A stretch of 64,000 nt of DNA from an uncultured virus (IMG/VR IMGVR_UViG_3300029914_000017) (IMGVR_UViG_3300029914_000017), one strand, 5' to 3'; positions 42,545 to 54,538 are shown, counted from the first letter of the stretch. Numbers and translations are program-made. The notes: a model not told the origin generated them from the letters alone.

Positions 42545-42787
42545 TTATTCTATTATTTTTAATAATTTCTTCATTTTATCAACATCAAGTAATTTTAATT
42601 CTTCTTTCACAGGATCACACGATAATATGATATTTATAATCTGATTTAAAATATTACAATCACACTCATAACTTTCAAAACAATCACTAATTTCTTCAAC
42701 CATCGAACCAACATCTTCACTATTATATTGTCCAATTATCTCCTTAAATGTTATTTCAATTTCTTTCGATATTTTAATTTTATTCAT
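42545..42787 (-). CDS. Hypothetical protein, paralog of 40936-41178
   Basis: Colinear with 40936-41178. Confidence 0.75.
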   Translation of the reverse strand: MNKIKISKEIEITFKEIIGQYNSEDVGSMVEEISDCFESYECDCNILNQIINIILSCDPVKEELKLLDVDKMKKLLKIIE

Positions 42788-42813
42788 ATTTATAAATTAT
42801 TTTAAGTTCAAAA

Positions 42814-42849
42814 CAAATGTACAGAAAAAAATTGTAAAATACAAGTTTT
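42814..42849 (-). promoter_or_regulatory. Early promoter, Bacteroidota sigma-70 type
   Basis: Reverse complement AAAACTTG-N20-TACATTTG. Confidence 0.85.
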
Positions 42850-42898
42850 GATCCAATTTTTTGATTAAAAAATTCATATTTTTCTATAATATAAATAT

Positions 42899-43213
42899 AT
42901 GGGGTTCATTTACTTAATAAACGAGGCGGGTACGGCCAATTATAAAATTGGTGTTACAAAAGCAAAAACTATCAATAAACGAAAGTTGGAGCTTCAGACT
43001 GGTAATTCAAGTGAGCTTATTTTATGTAGGAAATTCGAAACAGACTATCCGTATAAATTGGAAAATATGTTACACAACCATTATCATTTAAAACGATTGA
43101 TCGGGGAATGGTTTAGTTTAGACGATGTTCAGGCCACATCTTTTATTGAAGTATGTCAAGATAAACAAAAGTTAATTGAATATCTACTTAAACATAATGA
43201 ATTTTATACTTGA
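42899..43213 (+). CDS. GIY-YIG superfamily T5orf172/MUG113 domain protein
   Basis: GFIYLI...YKIGVT...R..ELQTGN...LE..LH...GEWF. Confidence 0.85.
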   Translation: MGFIYLINEAGTANYKIGVTKAKTINKRKLELQTGNSSELILCRKFETDYPYKLENMLHNHYHLKRLIGEWFSLDDVQATSFIEVCQDKQKLIEYLLKHNEFYT

Positions 43214-43751
43214 TTATTTGGAAATATTTTATTAGATAAATTATATAAACCAAATTCATTTTTAACTTCTGAAATTAGCAAGTCCAGGCTATAAGGACCT
43301 TTTTTAACGATAGTTTTTGGCCAGCTGTCTTTTATTATAATTAGTCTAACTAATATTAAATTAGTACCGCCTATTTCGATTACAATTCTTAAATTAGAAT
43401 TAGTTTTTATCCAGTTAAGCCAAATTTGATTTTCTTTTGATATTTCCATTATGTTATTTGTTTATAAGTAAAACCCTGAAGCGTGACAAATTATTGGCAC
43501 TAAATAATAGTTACTGCCGATTTATAGATTAAAATCTTCCACAATAATCGTTGAATTCTTTTTTTGATATTTCGCAAGTATTTATAACAACAAATTGGTT
43601 ATATGTTTGACTACCATTTAATTCAACTTTCGCAACATTTGTTATAAACTCCATAGGTGAGCAATGGATAACTTGATTCCAAGAATCTTTATGGCCGCCT
43701 TTAGCCTCAGCTTGATAAGTGACAAAATAATATTTTTCCTTTTCCATTTAT

Positions 43752-44180
43752 TTAAATTTTAGAGTTGTTTTCAATTTTTTCATTGGAAGCTATTTCCTTA
43801 TAAATCTCTTGCATATCATCATGAAATTCTTCGGTGCCTGTTTTTATTTTGGTTGTTTTTTCAATTTCTTCATTTATCATCTCATCCACTATTTTATTAG
43901 AATCAAATGGAAGACTTTTGGTTGATATATCATCAATTTTATCAACATCTTCTCGATTAAAAACAATTTTACCTTTATGTTCAGAGCATCCCCAATATAT
44001 TTTATCATGGCTCATCATCCCTACGTAATAACAATAGTTACAACGTGGATATCCTTGACTTCGGTGAATATAGTCAGTTATTTTAACTGTTACTATTTCA
44101 GTATCACCACTCCCGCATTTTGGACAGTGTGAGTGATTTTCTATTGTTAATGGGATTAAATTTTTTGGTATTCTAATCAT
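43752..44180 (-). CDS. Zinc-binding hypothetical protein
   Basis: CPKCG, CNYC, CSEH. Confidence 0.55.
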   Translation of the reverse strand: MIRIPKNLIPLTIENHSHCPKCGSGDTEIVTVKITDYIHRSQGYPRCNYCYYVGMMSHDKIYWGCSEHKGKIVFNREDVDKIDDISTKSLPFDSNKIVDEMINEEIEKTTKIKTGTEEFHDDMQEIYKEIASNEKIENNSKI

Positions 44181-45229
44181 AATATAGGCATTTTTCTAAT
44201 TTTCAATAATAGCTCTTTTACAAATGCTGGGTCAACGGATTCTGGTAAATTTGATTTATCATACAGTTCTTGCAAACCAGCAATATCTCGTTCAGCATCT
44301 TCAATTATTTTATCCAATGGTACTTCACCACGTTTGATTGACAATAGGTAGTCGGCATTTGGACGTTTAACGGTAAAAGTATTTTTTTGGACAATTTCAA
44401 GACCTACATCCAGAAGCCTCCTACAGTGTAATAAATTTTTACCATCTATGAATGAACCACTTAGAGTTTGGGCGTGCTTTTTTACGTCAACATATCTTTG
44501 GATATTTCGATTTTCCAGCCAATGGCAGTATTCCTTCCATTCGCGCATATGCTTGGAATATGCTTCTACATTGTAGCAAATCATCATAAAAGGATTTTCT
44601 CCCTTTGGTATTGATGATAATCTAACTTCATTTGATTTATCCCCAATAATACCTCTATATCCAAAGTTCCCATTATCATAATAAATAGCGTAGCAATCTT
44701 TCATATGGTCTAATCTAACTAAACCGCATTTTTCTTGTAATAGCCCGTTATCTGTTAAATAATCTTTAAATGAATAAGTTTTACCACCGTTATAAAAATA
44801 AATAAAATCCAAAGGTGTTTTAAATGTAGTTTGACTTTCATTCCAATTTAGCTTTTTCCCCAAAGCTGCAGCCTTAGAAATCTGTGATTTTCCGTAAGAA
44901 ATGAACGAATCTGCACATTTTTTTGTTAAAAATTTATATCTATTTTCACGTAATAATTCAAATTGTGGGGATGTTTTCAGAACACATTCTTCATCGGAAA
45001 ACATTAATTCCAAACAGGTAGGATTTCCAACAGAACATAATTCTAAAAAACGACGAACTTCATAATAAGCCTCATCTTTAGTAACGTTAATCTGCTCAAC
45101 ATAACCAAATGAGATCAGATCATCAATTGGAGATAAAAAAATCCCTTTTTTATCTAAATCGCTGGTTTCCACGTTTGTGCCATAAGCAACACTACCAACA
45201 ATAGCCTCAAAAATTAAATTTTCAATCAT
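44177..45229 (-). CDS. RlaP-type (Pol-beta family) nucleotidyltransferase
   Basis: VGSVAYGTN..TSDLD.KG, GNPTCLE, DGKNLLHCRRL, LLSIKRG. Confidence 0.85.
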   Translation of the reverse strand: MIENLIFEAIVGSVAYGTNVETSDLDKKGIFLSPIDDLISFGYVEQINVTKDEAYYEVRRFLELCSVGNPTCLELMFSDEECVLKTSPQFELLRENRYKFLTKKCADSFISYGKSQISKAAALGKKLNWNESQTTFKTPLDFIYFYNGGKTYSFKDYLTDNGLLQEKCGLVRLDHMKDCYAIYYDNGNFGYRGIIGDKSNEVRLSSIPKGENPFMMICYNVEAYSKHMREWKEYCHWLENRNIQRYVDVKKHAQTLSGSFIDGKNLLHCRRLLDVGLEIVQKNTFTVKRPNADYLLSIKRGEVPLDKIIEDAERDIAGLQELYDKSNLPESVDPAFVKELLLKIRKMPIL

Positions 45230-45903
45230 AATTTTATTAATTTAGGGGTAAACAGCCCTTGAGTTGCGCCTGGCACTGGAATAAGTCCATCCCCTCTGGC
45301 ATCCACGTTGGGTAATTTAGTTATACTATTATAATAAGTCTTTTTATATTTATCTTCAATTTTTGATACTTCAATAAGAACGTGAAATCCCCCATGAGTT
45401 TGTACGAATGTCAAAGAACTTTGGTTTACTACTTCAACAATGCTCGGTTTCATTTCTTTAATAGTTGTATTATCGAAATCAAAGTCCATAAAAACAGTTC
45501 TACTGCAAGATTTTTGAATTGCAGTTAATGCTTCAGCTTGCGGATTATAACCACTATATCTATCAAAGCATAAGTCGATCAATTTCTTAGCCAAATTCTT
45601 AGCAGCCTTTTCGTAACTTCTTGGGTTGGGCGTAATATATAAACACATTGATTCAACAGGAATTGGTTCACCTTTGTATTTATAAGTACCAAGCTCACAT
45701 TCCATTTGCTTGATTTTATCAAATAAATATTCCTTATTTGATGTAACTCTTTTCAATTGAACCTTATCTTTCAATAACTTATCGGTATATTTATTTCTAC
45801 ATAGTAATGTTACGTAAAAACACTCACTGTCATTCAATTCTGGCAAAAATTCTATAAAGTTTCGCAATGCAGTTTCGTCGGTAATAATTTTATAATTTTC
45901 CAT
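45226..45903 (-). CDS. Archaeo-eukaryotic primase (AEP) superfamily-like protein
   Basis: FMDFDFD (DxD), THGGFH (motif II), downstream D...PVPG. Confidence 0.55.
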   Translation of the reverse strand: MENYKIITDETALRNFIEFLPELNDSECFYVTLLCRNKYTDKLLKDKVQLKRVTSNKEYLFDKIKQMECELGTYKYKGEPIPVESMCLYITPNPRSYEKAAKNLAKKLIDLCFDRYSGYNPQAEALTAIQKSCSRTVFMDFDFDNTTIKEMKPSIVEVVNQSSLTFVQTHGGFHVLIEVSKIEDKYKKTYYNSITKLPNVDARGDGLIPVPGATQGLFTPKLIKL

Positions 45904-45904
45904 C

Positions 45905-47029
45905 TTATTTTTTCTTAGTATTAATTATTGGTTGGCTTAATTCTAAATAAATCTTATCAAGATTATTCAATGTATTGCCATCATACACAGCTTCCATTTT
46001 AAGCCTTCTCTCCGAGACGTGCTTAAAGAAAAAACTAATAAGTTTTTCCCCAATTTTAAAATCCATTTCAATATAGTTACTGAAAGTAGTATTTCTAATT
46101 AAAAGAGATGTGGAATTTAATTTAATGAAATAATGCTGAAATTCAACGTAGCAACAGTTAGTTAAAGGGTCAATTAATAATGTTGAACCTTCGTTTGCTA
46201 CCATTTTTCTAAAAACAGAAATAGATTTCTTCTGTATATCCGTAATAACTGGCTTTTTGGTACCGCCGAATAAATTATTAAGGCGGACTCTTAATTTCTT
46301 TTTAATAAAACTATTTTTCATTTTATTTTTAGATTTAAAATTGAATCTTTATCTATAACTTTTTCAATATAGAATCCGCCAGATCTAACTCCAGTATATT
46401 CTATTTTTTTATCTTCTAATACTACATTATTTAGTGCATCTTTTAATGCTTGGTTATAAGACTCTTTTATAGCTTTTATAACAAATTCATAAGAATAATC
46501 TACTTCTTGGTGCATATGACAATATTCATCTACACCCCCATAAACTTTGTCAAATATTTCTACTACTTTTGTTTTCATGGTATTAAAAGTTTAGTTTCAG
46601 TACTCATTTGAGTACTTATCTGTTTATTATGAATAAATCGTAATTCGTTTAAATCATATACTGGACCAGCTTCTGATTTAATTTTAATAATTGGTATAAA
46701 CATATTCCAATATGTATCACATTCTTGAATAATATTATAACTTTCAACTGTTCCAATCCAATCGCTTTCCTTTCCATCGTATTTAGAGATGTATTTAAAG
46801 TTTTTCCCTATAAGGTCGTCTAATTCCATAATTATTTTAAATATTCTTTAAATTCGTTTTCAAACAAATGTAACATAATCGGCAAATCATTTTTTAAACA
46901 TCTAAGTGGTTTTTCCATTGGCTCTATAAACCAATAATTATACTTTGTACCAATTGAAACATTAACCTGTCGGCAATCAAACTCATCGAATTGAATAAAT
47001 TTACTAATATGCTTTTTGGGTATTTTCAT
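45905..47029 (-). other. Hypothetical CDSs (45905-46321, 46318-46578, 46575-46829, 46832-47029)
   Basis: Overlapping ORFs. Confidence 0.65.
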
Positions 47030-47097
47030 AAAAATATTTTTTTAAAAATGATATATTTTTTATTTTTTTACTATTTATATTAAAATAAATCATCACT

Positions 47098-47442
47098 ATG
47101 ACAGCTAACCCAGAACAACTTAAATTATTAGAAGCTAAGATTACTAAATTAATCAGAACTGCAATTCATGAAGCCGAAGACTCTAAAAGAGGCAATGACA
47201 ATGTTGAAGTTTCCAAGGATTTTGAAAAGAAATACAAATCAATTCAAAAGGCATTAGCAAATCCAACAACAAATGTAACCCAAATATTTGTTCAAGCTGG
47301 AATAATTAAAAAAGGTGATGATGATGCTGGTCGCTCTCATGCTTTTAAACAATTACATCAGGAAAAAACACAAGATGGAACAGGAGTTTATAAATTCTCC
47401 GATGAGCAAGTTAATAAAATTGCTTCCGTACTTGGAGTTTAA
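47098..47442 (+). CDS. Putative late/head-associated protein with its own promoter (47072-79) and terminator (47466-47499)
   Basis: Opposite strand to neighbours; leader LEAKITKLIRTAIHEAE. Confidence 0.6.
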   Translation: MTANPEQLKLLEAKITKLIRTAIHEAEDSKRGNDNVEVSKDFEKKYKSIQKALANPTTNVTQIFVQAGIIKKGDDDAGRSHAFKQLHQEKTQDGTGVYKFSDEQVNKIASVLGV

Positions 47443-47841
47443 TCAATATCTTTACATTTCCAATCAAAAAGCTCAGGATTAATTTTCTGGGCTATTTTTA
47501 TATTTACGTTTTTAATTAAACAGTTTTTAGGCCATAAATTGAAGCATATTCATATAAAAACTTTGTTTTCACCATATCTGGGTGCATTTCTGGAAATTTT
47601 TCTTGTAAGGTATCAATACATGAATGAAACCAATTTTTATATTCGGCCTCTGTTAATGTATAATTTTCTTGCCAATGAACGCCGTTAACTGATGCATTTT
47701 TTAACTTTTTGATGTCACTAACGGTAATACCGTATTTTTCCAATGATTTGTTAATTACCAAATTCTTGATCTCTTCGCTTACAAATTCCATAATACTTTG
47801 ATTTTAAATTGGTGTTCTATTTATTTTCTTTATTTATGATA

Positions 47842-47873
47842 CAAAGATAAACTATTTAATCCGTTTAAACAAA
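47842..47873 (-). promoter_or_regulatory. Early promoter variant TTTG-N20-TATCTTTG
   Basis: Same spacing; further copies at 50430-50461 and 54507-54538. Confidence 0.75.
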
Positions 47874-48546
47874 ACAATTAACTTTAAATTTGCTCTAATA
47901 AACCAATTATTTTTTTAGCTATTTTAATTTCCTGAATTCCCTGTTTTATAATTATATTATCATCTTTTCGGACAATCATATATTCCAAGCCAGCTGTTGG
48001 TAGAATTTTATAACTAACAATATAGAACTCTTCGGTTTCGTAAAAATGTTCGTAATAATACGTTTTAGTCAAACGTAAAGATTTACCATCTGAGCCAATA
48101 ACATATCTATTATCCCTTACTTTCTTCTTTATTAATTTCATTTTTAGATTTTTTAAATTCTAAACGTTTTTCCAGTATTTCAGATAAAATATTTTCAAAT
48201 TCTTCTACTTTTTCCGAATTCCATCCGTGTCCATATTGGAATTCTGGATGTATGTTGCTAAATGTGCCATACATCGAACGAGAAGCTATTTTATAAGCTA
48301 ATTTTTGATCTTTGGTTAAATCTATTGTTTCCATTTTATTGCCCATAATCAACTATCATTTCGAAAATACATACCATATCGTAATTATTTGAAATAGCAC
48401 TTTTAAAAGGCTTCAATTGACTTGAAATTAATCTAAAACCTCTTTCACCATAATCATTTATTTTTTCAGCAAACAACAAATCTGCTGCCTTTGATCCATA
48501 CGGATATTCTTCTACTATATATTTATAATTATTTACCATTTTCTAA

Positions 48547-49179
48547 TTAATTTTCTAATTTTTTAAAATCAATTTCTTTTAATTTTTTACGAATCTTTAA
48601 GGCATAATTTGGATCTTCTGCATAAATCTTAGATAAGAAATTAATAAATTCCTGATCGTTCAATGTCTCAATACCTCTTGAGTATTCCCACAAAATGAAA
48701 TCCGTTACCGATTCAGTCCAAGTATTATATGACTGATACCCAGCATTAGAATTCGGAGTTGAAGAAGCACGGCTTGTTACTAATTTCATACCAAATAAAT
48801 TATGATTCTTCCTAAAAAGTAAACTTTTAAACTCACCACTTTCAATTAATGCCTGAATTAACATAACCTTAGCATGAGGAGCTCTTATTGACAACAGATA
48901 TTGATATAATATTTTTTGACTTATTATTGAATCGTTGTTTGTATTTTTAACACTTTGTAATTCACTCGGTACTTTAAAGTTGACAGACAACCTATCATTA
49001 AGTTCTAAACCTTTAGAAATTAAAACTAAAAAATTTGTTAAGAGTAATATCCCAATTAATATAAACAACCAATTTGTTACACCAATTTTTTTATTCAAAA
49101 AGGTGAAATACCCCAAAATATACAATACCGAAACTGTCAGCACACACAGTGCTATAAAAACTAAAAATAAACTATTCAT
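48547..49179 (-). CDS. Membrane-anchored glucosaminidase (GH73-like peptidoglycan hydrolase)
   Basis: Two TM helices; QALIESG, NLFGMK, YAEDPNY. Confidence 0.8.
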   Translation of the reverse strand: MNSLFLVFIALCVLTVSVLYILGYFTFLNKKIGVTNWLFILIGILLLTNFLVLISKGLELNDRLSVNFKVPSELQSVKNTNNDSIISQKILYQYLLSIRAPHAKVMLIQALIESGEFKSLLFRKNHNLFGMKLVTSRASSTPNSNAGYQSYNTWTESVTDFILWEYSRGIETLNDQEFINFLSKIYAEDPNYALKIRKKLKEIDFKKLEN

Positions 49180-50429
49180 TATATTTGTTTTAAATTAATA
49201 CTTTTTTAATAACTTTAATTCTTTCAGCTAAAAACCATAAACCTCCCTGTTGTGTTGGTCGTTGGAAATTAGTGAAATTTTCCATTTCAATCTCATACCA
49301 GCTTCTCCCTTTCATTGACAAATGAGGTGCTATCGGTAACGATGTACAATGCCAAAATGGCCTTATAGTAAACCCTTTTGTTGGATGGCATTCTGCTTGC
49401 ATCCATTCCCCAATTGGAATTCTTAATTTCTTATTGATAAATAAAGGAGCAATTGACCCATCCTTTAATTCCCTAAATAACTTATATGCTTTCAAATTAT
49501 TCAAATATTTTAACTAAATCACATAAAATAGCATATATTTCACTAAAATCGCCAGAGTGGCCTTGTTGGTAAGCATATGAAATCACCCGATCTTGATATA
49601 TTTCTGGAACAAATCTATAAAACTCAGATTCGTCTTTGATTAGTTCTTCAATTAACTTATTATTTAAGTTTAGAACCTCAACAAATTGTATAAATTTTTT
49701 ATTATATTCTGGTAGTAAACTTTCATATTCTCCCAATTTTTCAGCATATTCCGTTGCCAGATTTGCCGTATGTTTTTGCGAAAGTATTGGCTTAATTGGT
49801 TTTTCTGGGGAATCTCCTATTGATTTTTCAACATACGTCAATAATGAGCTAAAGCTGTATTGTGAGCCTTCATCTGCATACCACCAATTTCTAATTTCTT
49901 TTATTGTTTTAAATCTCTGCTCCATAATATTTATTTATTTTATTTAAATATTTTCTTGATATAATTTTTCCAAAGCATCAAAAAACTTTCCTTCCATGAT
50001 TGGAATACGATTATTATAGGAATTAATATAGCTAATAAATCCATTACCAAAATCTCTTCTTTCGTATCTCATATGTACCATTTGGCCAGTTTCTGTGTTA
50101 TGTGGTTCGTACCATTCAAGATATGTTCTTGGCTTAGTTTCAATAATTGTTTTAGCCTCTACAAACGGCCATTTAATTTCTTCTTTTTCCATAATATTTA
50201 TTTGTCTATTTTATAAATTCGATATTCTTGTTTATCTCCACGATATTCAATATTACCATCTTCATCGCATTTTATATAAACTTCGTAATCATCTGGAAAA
50301 TTACGTTCTAAAAATTTTTCAGAACATTTAGTTTTATCTAATTCACTTATTTTATATTTTAATACCGTTATTTGGTATCGATTACGAATTATTGTTTCAA
50401 CTGTTTTCATATATTTAATTTTTATGATA

Positions 50430-50461
50430 CAAAGATAATTTATTTATTTGAATTAATCAAA
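50430..50461 (-). promoter_or_regulatory. Early promoter variant TTTG-N20-TATCTTTG
   Basis: Seen directly. Confidence 0.75.
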
Positions 50462-50465
50462 CTTA

Positions 50466-51011
50466 TTAACTATCTTTAAACATTTTGTGTGTGAAAAAGT
50501 GATCAATGCGATTACATATATTTGGGGTTAAGCCGCAATAAGAATCTACCCGAAAAAAGTTATTAGCCTGTTCCAATAGGAAATCGTTATCATCATCTAT
50601 AGCACACCAGTCAAAGAAATCAAAATACATTACATTAAAATATTTTTCACAATTATCTACAAGCCATTGTTTTATCTCGCAACCTCTATGCCTACATTCG
50701 CAACTACCAGTAACATCCAATAGTTTAAAGGTTCCACCGCAATAATCGAACATCTCTTGCAATTCTTCAATAGAACCACCTTTTCTCCAAGTGCTTGACA
50801 GTACAACACCTAAATCTAATGATTCAACCATCGAGCTAAACATTTCAATTTTTTCGATGTCAATCTGTGATTTATAATATTCCAGACGTTCAATCTTTTT
50901 TGACTTAACATCCTTTCGAAGCTGTTTTTTAACTTCTTTATAATTTTTTGGATTATAAAACAGTTCGTGATTTAATACGCCATCCACATCAAGAAAACAA
51001 ATACCTTTCAT
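50466..51011 (-). CDS. HAD phosphatase, Swiss-army-knife RNA repair type
   Basis: FLDVDGVLN, VLSSTWR, RG.EI..WL, AIDDD, GLT. Confidence 0.8.
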   Translation of the reverse strand: MKGICFLDVDGVLNHELFYNPKNYKEVKKQLRKDVKSKKIERLEYYKSQIDIEKIEMFSSMVESLDLGVVLSSTWRKGGSIEELQEMFDYCGGTFKLLDVTGSCECRHRGCEIKQWLVDNCEKYFNVMYFDFFDWCAIDDDNDFLLEQANNFFRVDSYCGLTPNICNRIDHFFTHKMFKDS

Positions 51012-51345
51012 ATTATATTATAAATTAAATTGTGGAATTTCTATGATTTTGTTTGCAACCCAAACGTTAATTATTCTATCTCTTAACTTATTTAGTTTTG
51101 TTATTGATCTATTTTCTACTCTCTTCGATAGTTCATCTTTACTTACACCATACGGCTCCATTGAGAAGCAGTCATCACCTTTGACATATAGTTCGCGATC
51201 ACCATTAATGAACGTTATCTCAAAATAATGCGTTCCAGACATCATTATCCTAATATCTCCTATATCACGAATATTTTTCGTTTCGACAAGAGTTCCCTGT
51301 ATTTGTATTTTCATTTTAGCATATATTATAAATTAAATTTCTTGG

Positions 51346-51388
51346 TACAAATGTATGAAAAAGGACTTACAAACGCAAGTCCTTTAAC
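51346..51388 (-). repeat. Promoter-stem-loop cassette, copy 1
   Basis: 43-nt direct repeat, 39/43 identical to 52309-52351; terminator stem overlaps TTG-N20-TACATTTG. Confidence 0.85.
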
Positions 51389-51416
51389 ATTTATTATATA
51401 TTTAGTTTCCTAATTA

Positions 51417-52289
51417 TTATAAAGGTGTTTGATCGGTTCCAGAATAAAGAACTATTTTATCAATCACTGCTTGAGTAATTTCATCAAGTGTCTTCATTTC
51501 TTTACCTTTTGGCTTAATTTTAATATAGTTTGTTTTACTTATGTATTTACCGCCATTTGCTGAGAATGACATTTCAGTATCAACATTTTTTTGGTTGAAA
51601 ACAATATAAAAATCTCCGTTCATGTAATCATAAACTGGAAAACGTCCTGTTAGAATATTTTTTAAACTTAAAAATACTTGATCATGAATTTGCGTAAACA
51701 TTGCCTCAGAAACATTTCTTTCTCTATCTTTATTTTGTTTTCTTGCAACTTCAATATCGTTAATTACCCACACAATATGAATATTATCTTTAGAATAGCC
51801 ATATTCTTGAACTTGTTTAGAAATATATTCTAATTTAGCTAAATTCGCAAGTGTTACATCAAAAATTAAATTAGGTTTACTATCCCTACCAACCATAGCA
51901 TTTAATAAATTTTCAACTTGCTTATCACCAATTCCTAATTCTTTAAAAACAATATATAGAAATTCAACATCATTTGAATTATGTAAATCAAGTTCCGAAA
52001 TGTCTCTACCTGTCATTTTTAAAACTTTATCTTTAATTAGTTTACTTCTAATACCCAAAGATTTAAGTTGATCTACATCGAAAACTTTTCCATGTATACC
52101 AACAAGATTATTTAAAACGAAACCTTTACCAACGCCCGTACCACCCGCAAGGATAACAACTTGATCGTAATTTGGCCTTCCATTTCCAAACGTAATTAAA
52201 TCTTCGGTTATAAATTGTTTTTCTTTTATTTCTTGAAGACCTGTTCTAACAAGTTTTTTAATGTTTTCTCTTAATTCTTCTCTTTTCAT
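51417..52289 (-). CDS. P-loop kinase (zeta-toxin/AAA_33-like) with head-protein-type leader
   Basis: VILAGGTGVGKG, DVD, LIFDVT, N..RER.V. Confidence 0.7.
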   Translation of the reverse strand: MKREELRENIKKLVRTGLQEIKEKQFITEDLITFGNGRPNYDQVVILAGGTGVGKGFVLNNLVGIHGKVFDVDQLKSLGIRSKLIKDKVLKMTGRDISELDLHNSNDVEFLYIVFKELGIGDKQVENLLNAMVGRDSKPNLIFDVTLANLAKLEYISKQVQEYGYSKDNIHIVWVINDIEVARKQNKDRERNVSEAMFTQIHDQVFLSLKNILTGRFPVYDYMNGDFYIVFNQKNVDTEMSFSANGGKYISKTNYIKIKPKGKEMKTLDEITQAVIDKIVLYSGTDQTPL

Positions 52290-52308
52290 AATATGATTTA
52301 TTTTATGT

Positions 52309-52351
52309 TACAAATGTACGAAAAAAGACTCACAAAAGCAAGTCCTTTAAC
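52309..52351 (-). repeat. Promoter-stem-loop cassette, copy 2
   Basis: 39/43 identical to 51346-51388. Confidence 0.85.
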
Positions 52352-53066
52352 TAATATAAATAATTTATTAATTTATTTAAATATTGTCAATTTAAAAATT
52401 TCATAAATGATTTCGCTTGTTGTATATCCACTCCAATTATCAAATAGTAAATTTTCATCATTACACCCAATATAAATTTCTGGAGTACCTTTGTGAAATT
52501 TAATAAATAAATAATCTACACCGTCATAAATACCAAGAAATTCAAATTTACCTAAAATAGCGTTATTATTCCCAACGCTATATCCAGTCATATCAAATCT
52601 AAGATGCGGTGGGTTTTCGCTAATAATACTTTGTTTATATAAACTTGGAAATTTTAATGTTTCCCGTATAAATGTAAGTACTTCATTTTTACTTTTTGTT
52701 TTTAATTCTTCAACTGTATTATTCATAATTTATGTTCTTTATAATATTTATTAATTTGTTCTAAATGTTTAGGCCACATATCTACTAAAGATGCGTGATC
52801 AAGATAAATTTTTATTTTAATCGCTTGATAATTATATGTGTCACCTAGTCTAACTCTAAATCTTTGTCTTCTATCAATTGAATTTACCGTATTTGAAAAA
52901 CTTGGTCTTCTATCTGTACTATAAATGAATAAGAATTCTTTATATCTTGAAATTCCAGTTTTTAGGTCATATAAGTTAACATATTCCAAGTCATGTTTAT
53001 TCTCTTGAATCTTCTTTTTATAGTTTGATTCAAATATTTCACGATATTCAAGATATTTTTTCAGTT

Positions 53067-53768
53067 TCATATTTCCATTGTTAGAAATGTTTCTTTATAG
53101 CCAAGACAATCAATAAAATAAATATCACCATAACCTTTTCGCTCATAGTGGTCTATACCTTTAACTCTATTATGCCCAACCACTTGTGTAAAGCCTTTCA
53201 ATGGTTTAATAAGCTCACTTTTATCACACCAGAATATTCCGCCAACATCAGTCCAACCACCTCTAATTTTTCCTACTTGATATAAAGCATCTTCCTGTGT
53301 TTTATTTTTAGGGTTATTTAATTGTTCGGCTATGTTATTATTTATATCACCTTTGAATTCATTGATAAACCAATTATGTTGAATTCCAGCATGAGTTGAT
53401 ATTACATTTTTATATTGGAATGCGTTTTGAAAAATATCCTTATTAAAAGAATATAAGTCGTGTAATTCCATTGCGATACTTTTACGAAAACGAGAACATT
53501 TAAATATTGGATCACCAAGATGAATGTATGAATTATCATGATTTCCTATTAATAATGTTACTCTATCCATATTTTTACGTTTATAGTCAATAATATCTTG
53601 AAGATTTTCAATCATAAAATTATCTTCAACAATAGATCCTGGGTCATTATCAACAAGATCGCCCATAAACACCCAATGATCAATAGAATTATCACCTATG
53701 AATTTTCGCCACAGTCCACGCCCATGATCGTCGCCAATGAATCCTATTTTAATTGTTCGGGTATTCAT
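53067..53768 (-). CDS. Calcineurin-like metallophosphoesterase
   Basis: GDDHG, GDLVD, GNHD, HAG, GHN. Confidence 0.85.
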   Translation of the reverse strand: MNTRTIKIGFIGDDHGRGLWRKFIGDNSIDHWVFMGDLVDNDPGSIVEDNFMIENLQDIIDYKRKNMDRVTLLIGNHDNSYIHLGDPIFKCSRFRKSIAMELHDLYSFNKDIFQNAFQYKNVISTHAGIQHNWFINEFKGDINNNIAEQLNNPKNKTQEDALYQVGKIRGGWTDVGGIFWCDKSELIKPLKGFTQVVGHNRVKGIDHYERKGYGDIYFIDCLGYKETFLTMEI

Positions 53769-54506
53769 AAATAACGCTATAACCTAAATCCTTAGCTATT
53801 TTTCTAACTCTCTCTAAATATCCTTCCATATAATCAACAGGTAAACAGGGAGGATTAATTACCAATCCCAATTCGATTGGCTTAACACCTTCAGATAACA
53901 CTGAGTCAATAAAAGGTATATCAGTTTTAATTTCGTTATCACTCATACTATAATTTTTTCAATTCATTTAATTTAAGTATCGCATCCATTATTTTTACAT
54001 CAAATTCTGCTGAATAACAATCAGAACCCCAAGTGTCTGGATGGATAACCGTTAACAAAGATTTATATGCTTCATTAATGTGAGTTCTGGCATCTTTCAA
54101 TGCTTCGTCTGCTGCTGTAGTTACACTCATGATATTTAGATTTTTCTTTTCATTGATACTGTAAAATTGTAAATTCTATTATTTTGCCCGCTTGAAAAAC
54201 CGCCAGCATCTACACATTGTAAACTAAAAAGCTCCCAGCCATCTTTCCCATACACATCCAATTTAACATCAATAGTTTCTTTGGATGATAAAATATCAAT
54301 TGTTTTATATTCCCACATATAGTTTTATTATAAATCAATTATATCATCTGTAATTTCAATCCATTCATCAATATCGCCAGTTACCAACCAAAAAATTAAC
54401 GGTATAATAAGAGTCAAAGTAGCGGCAAACCAAATTATTAAAAGAGGTAGGTGAATAAATAGTCTTTTTAAAAAGTTTATCATATTTTTTATTTTTAATT
54501 ATGAAA

Positions 54507-54538
54507 CAAAGATAGTTTATTTTATTGAATCAAGCAAA
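54507..54538 (-). promoter_or_regulatory. Early promoter variant TTTG-N20-TATCTTTG
   Basis: Seen directly; precedes an unlisted ~51-aa hydrophobic ORF starting at 54483. Confidence 0.75.

Noticed and set aside
43450..43528. GC-richer intergenic stretch with a GGCA/TGCC stem
   Set aside because: The stem is short and interrupted, with no promoter, terminator or second copy to support an RNA.
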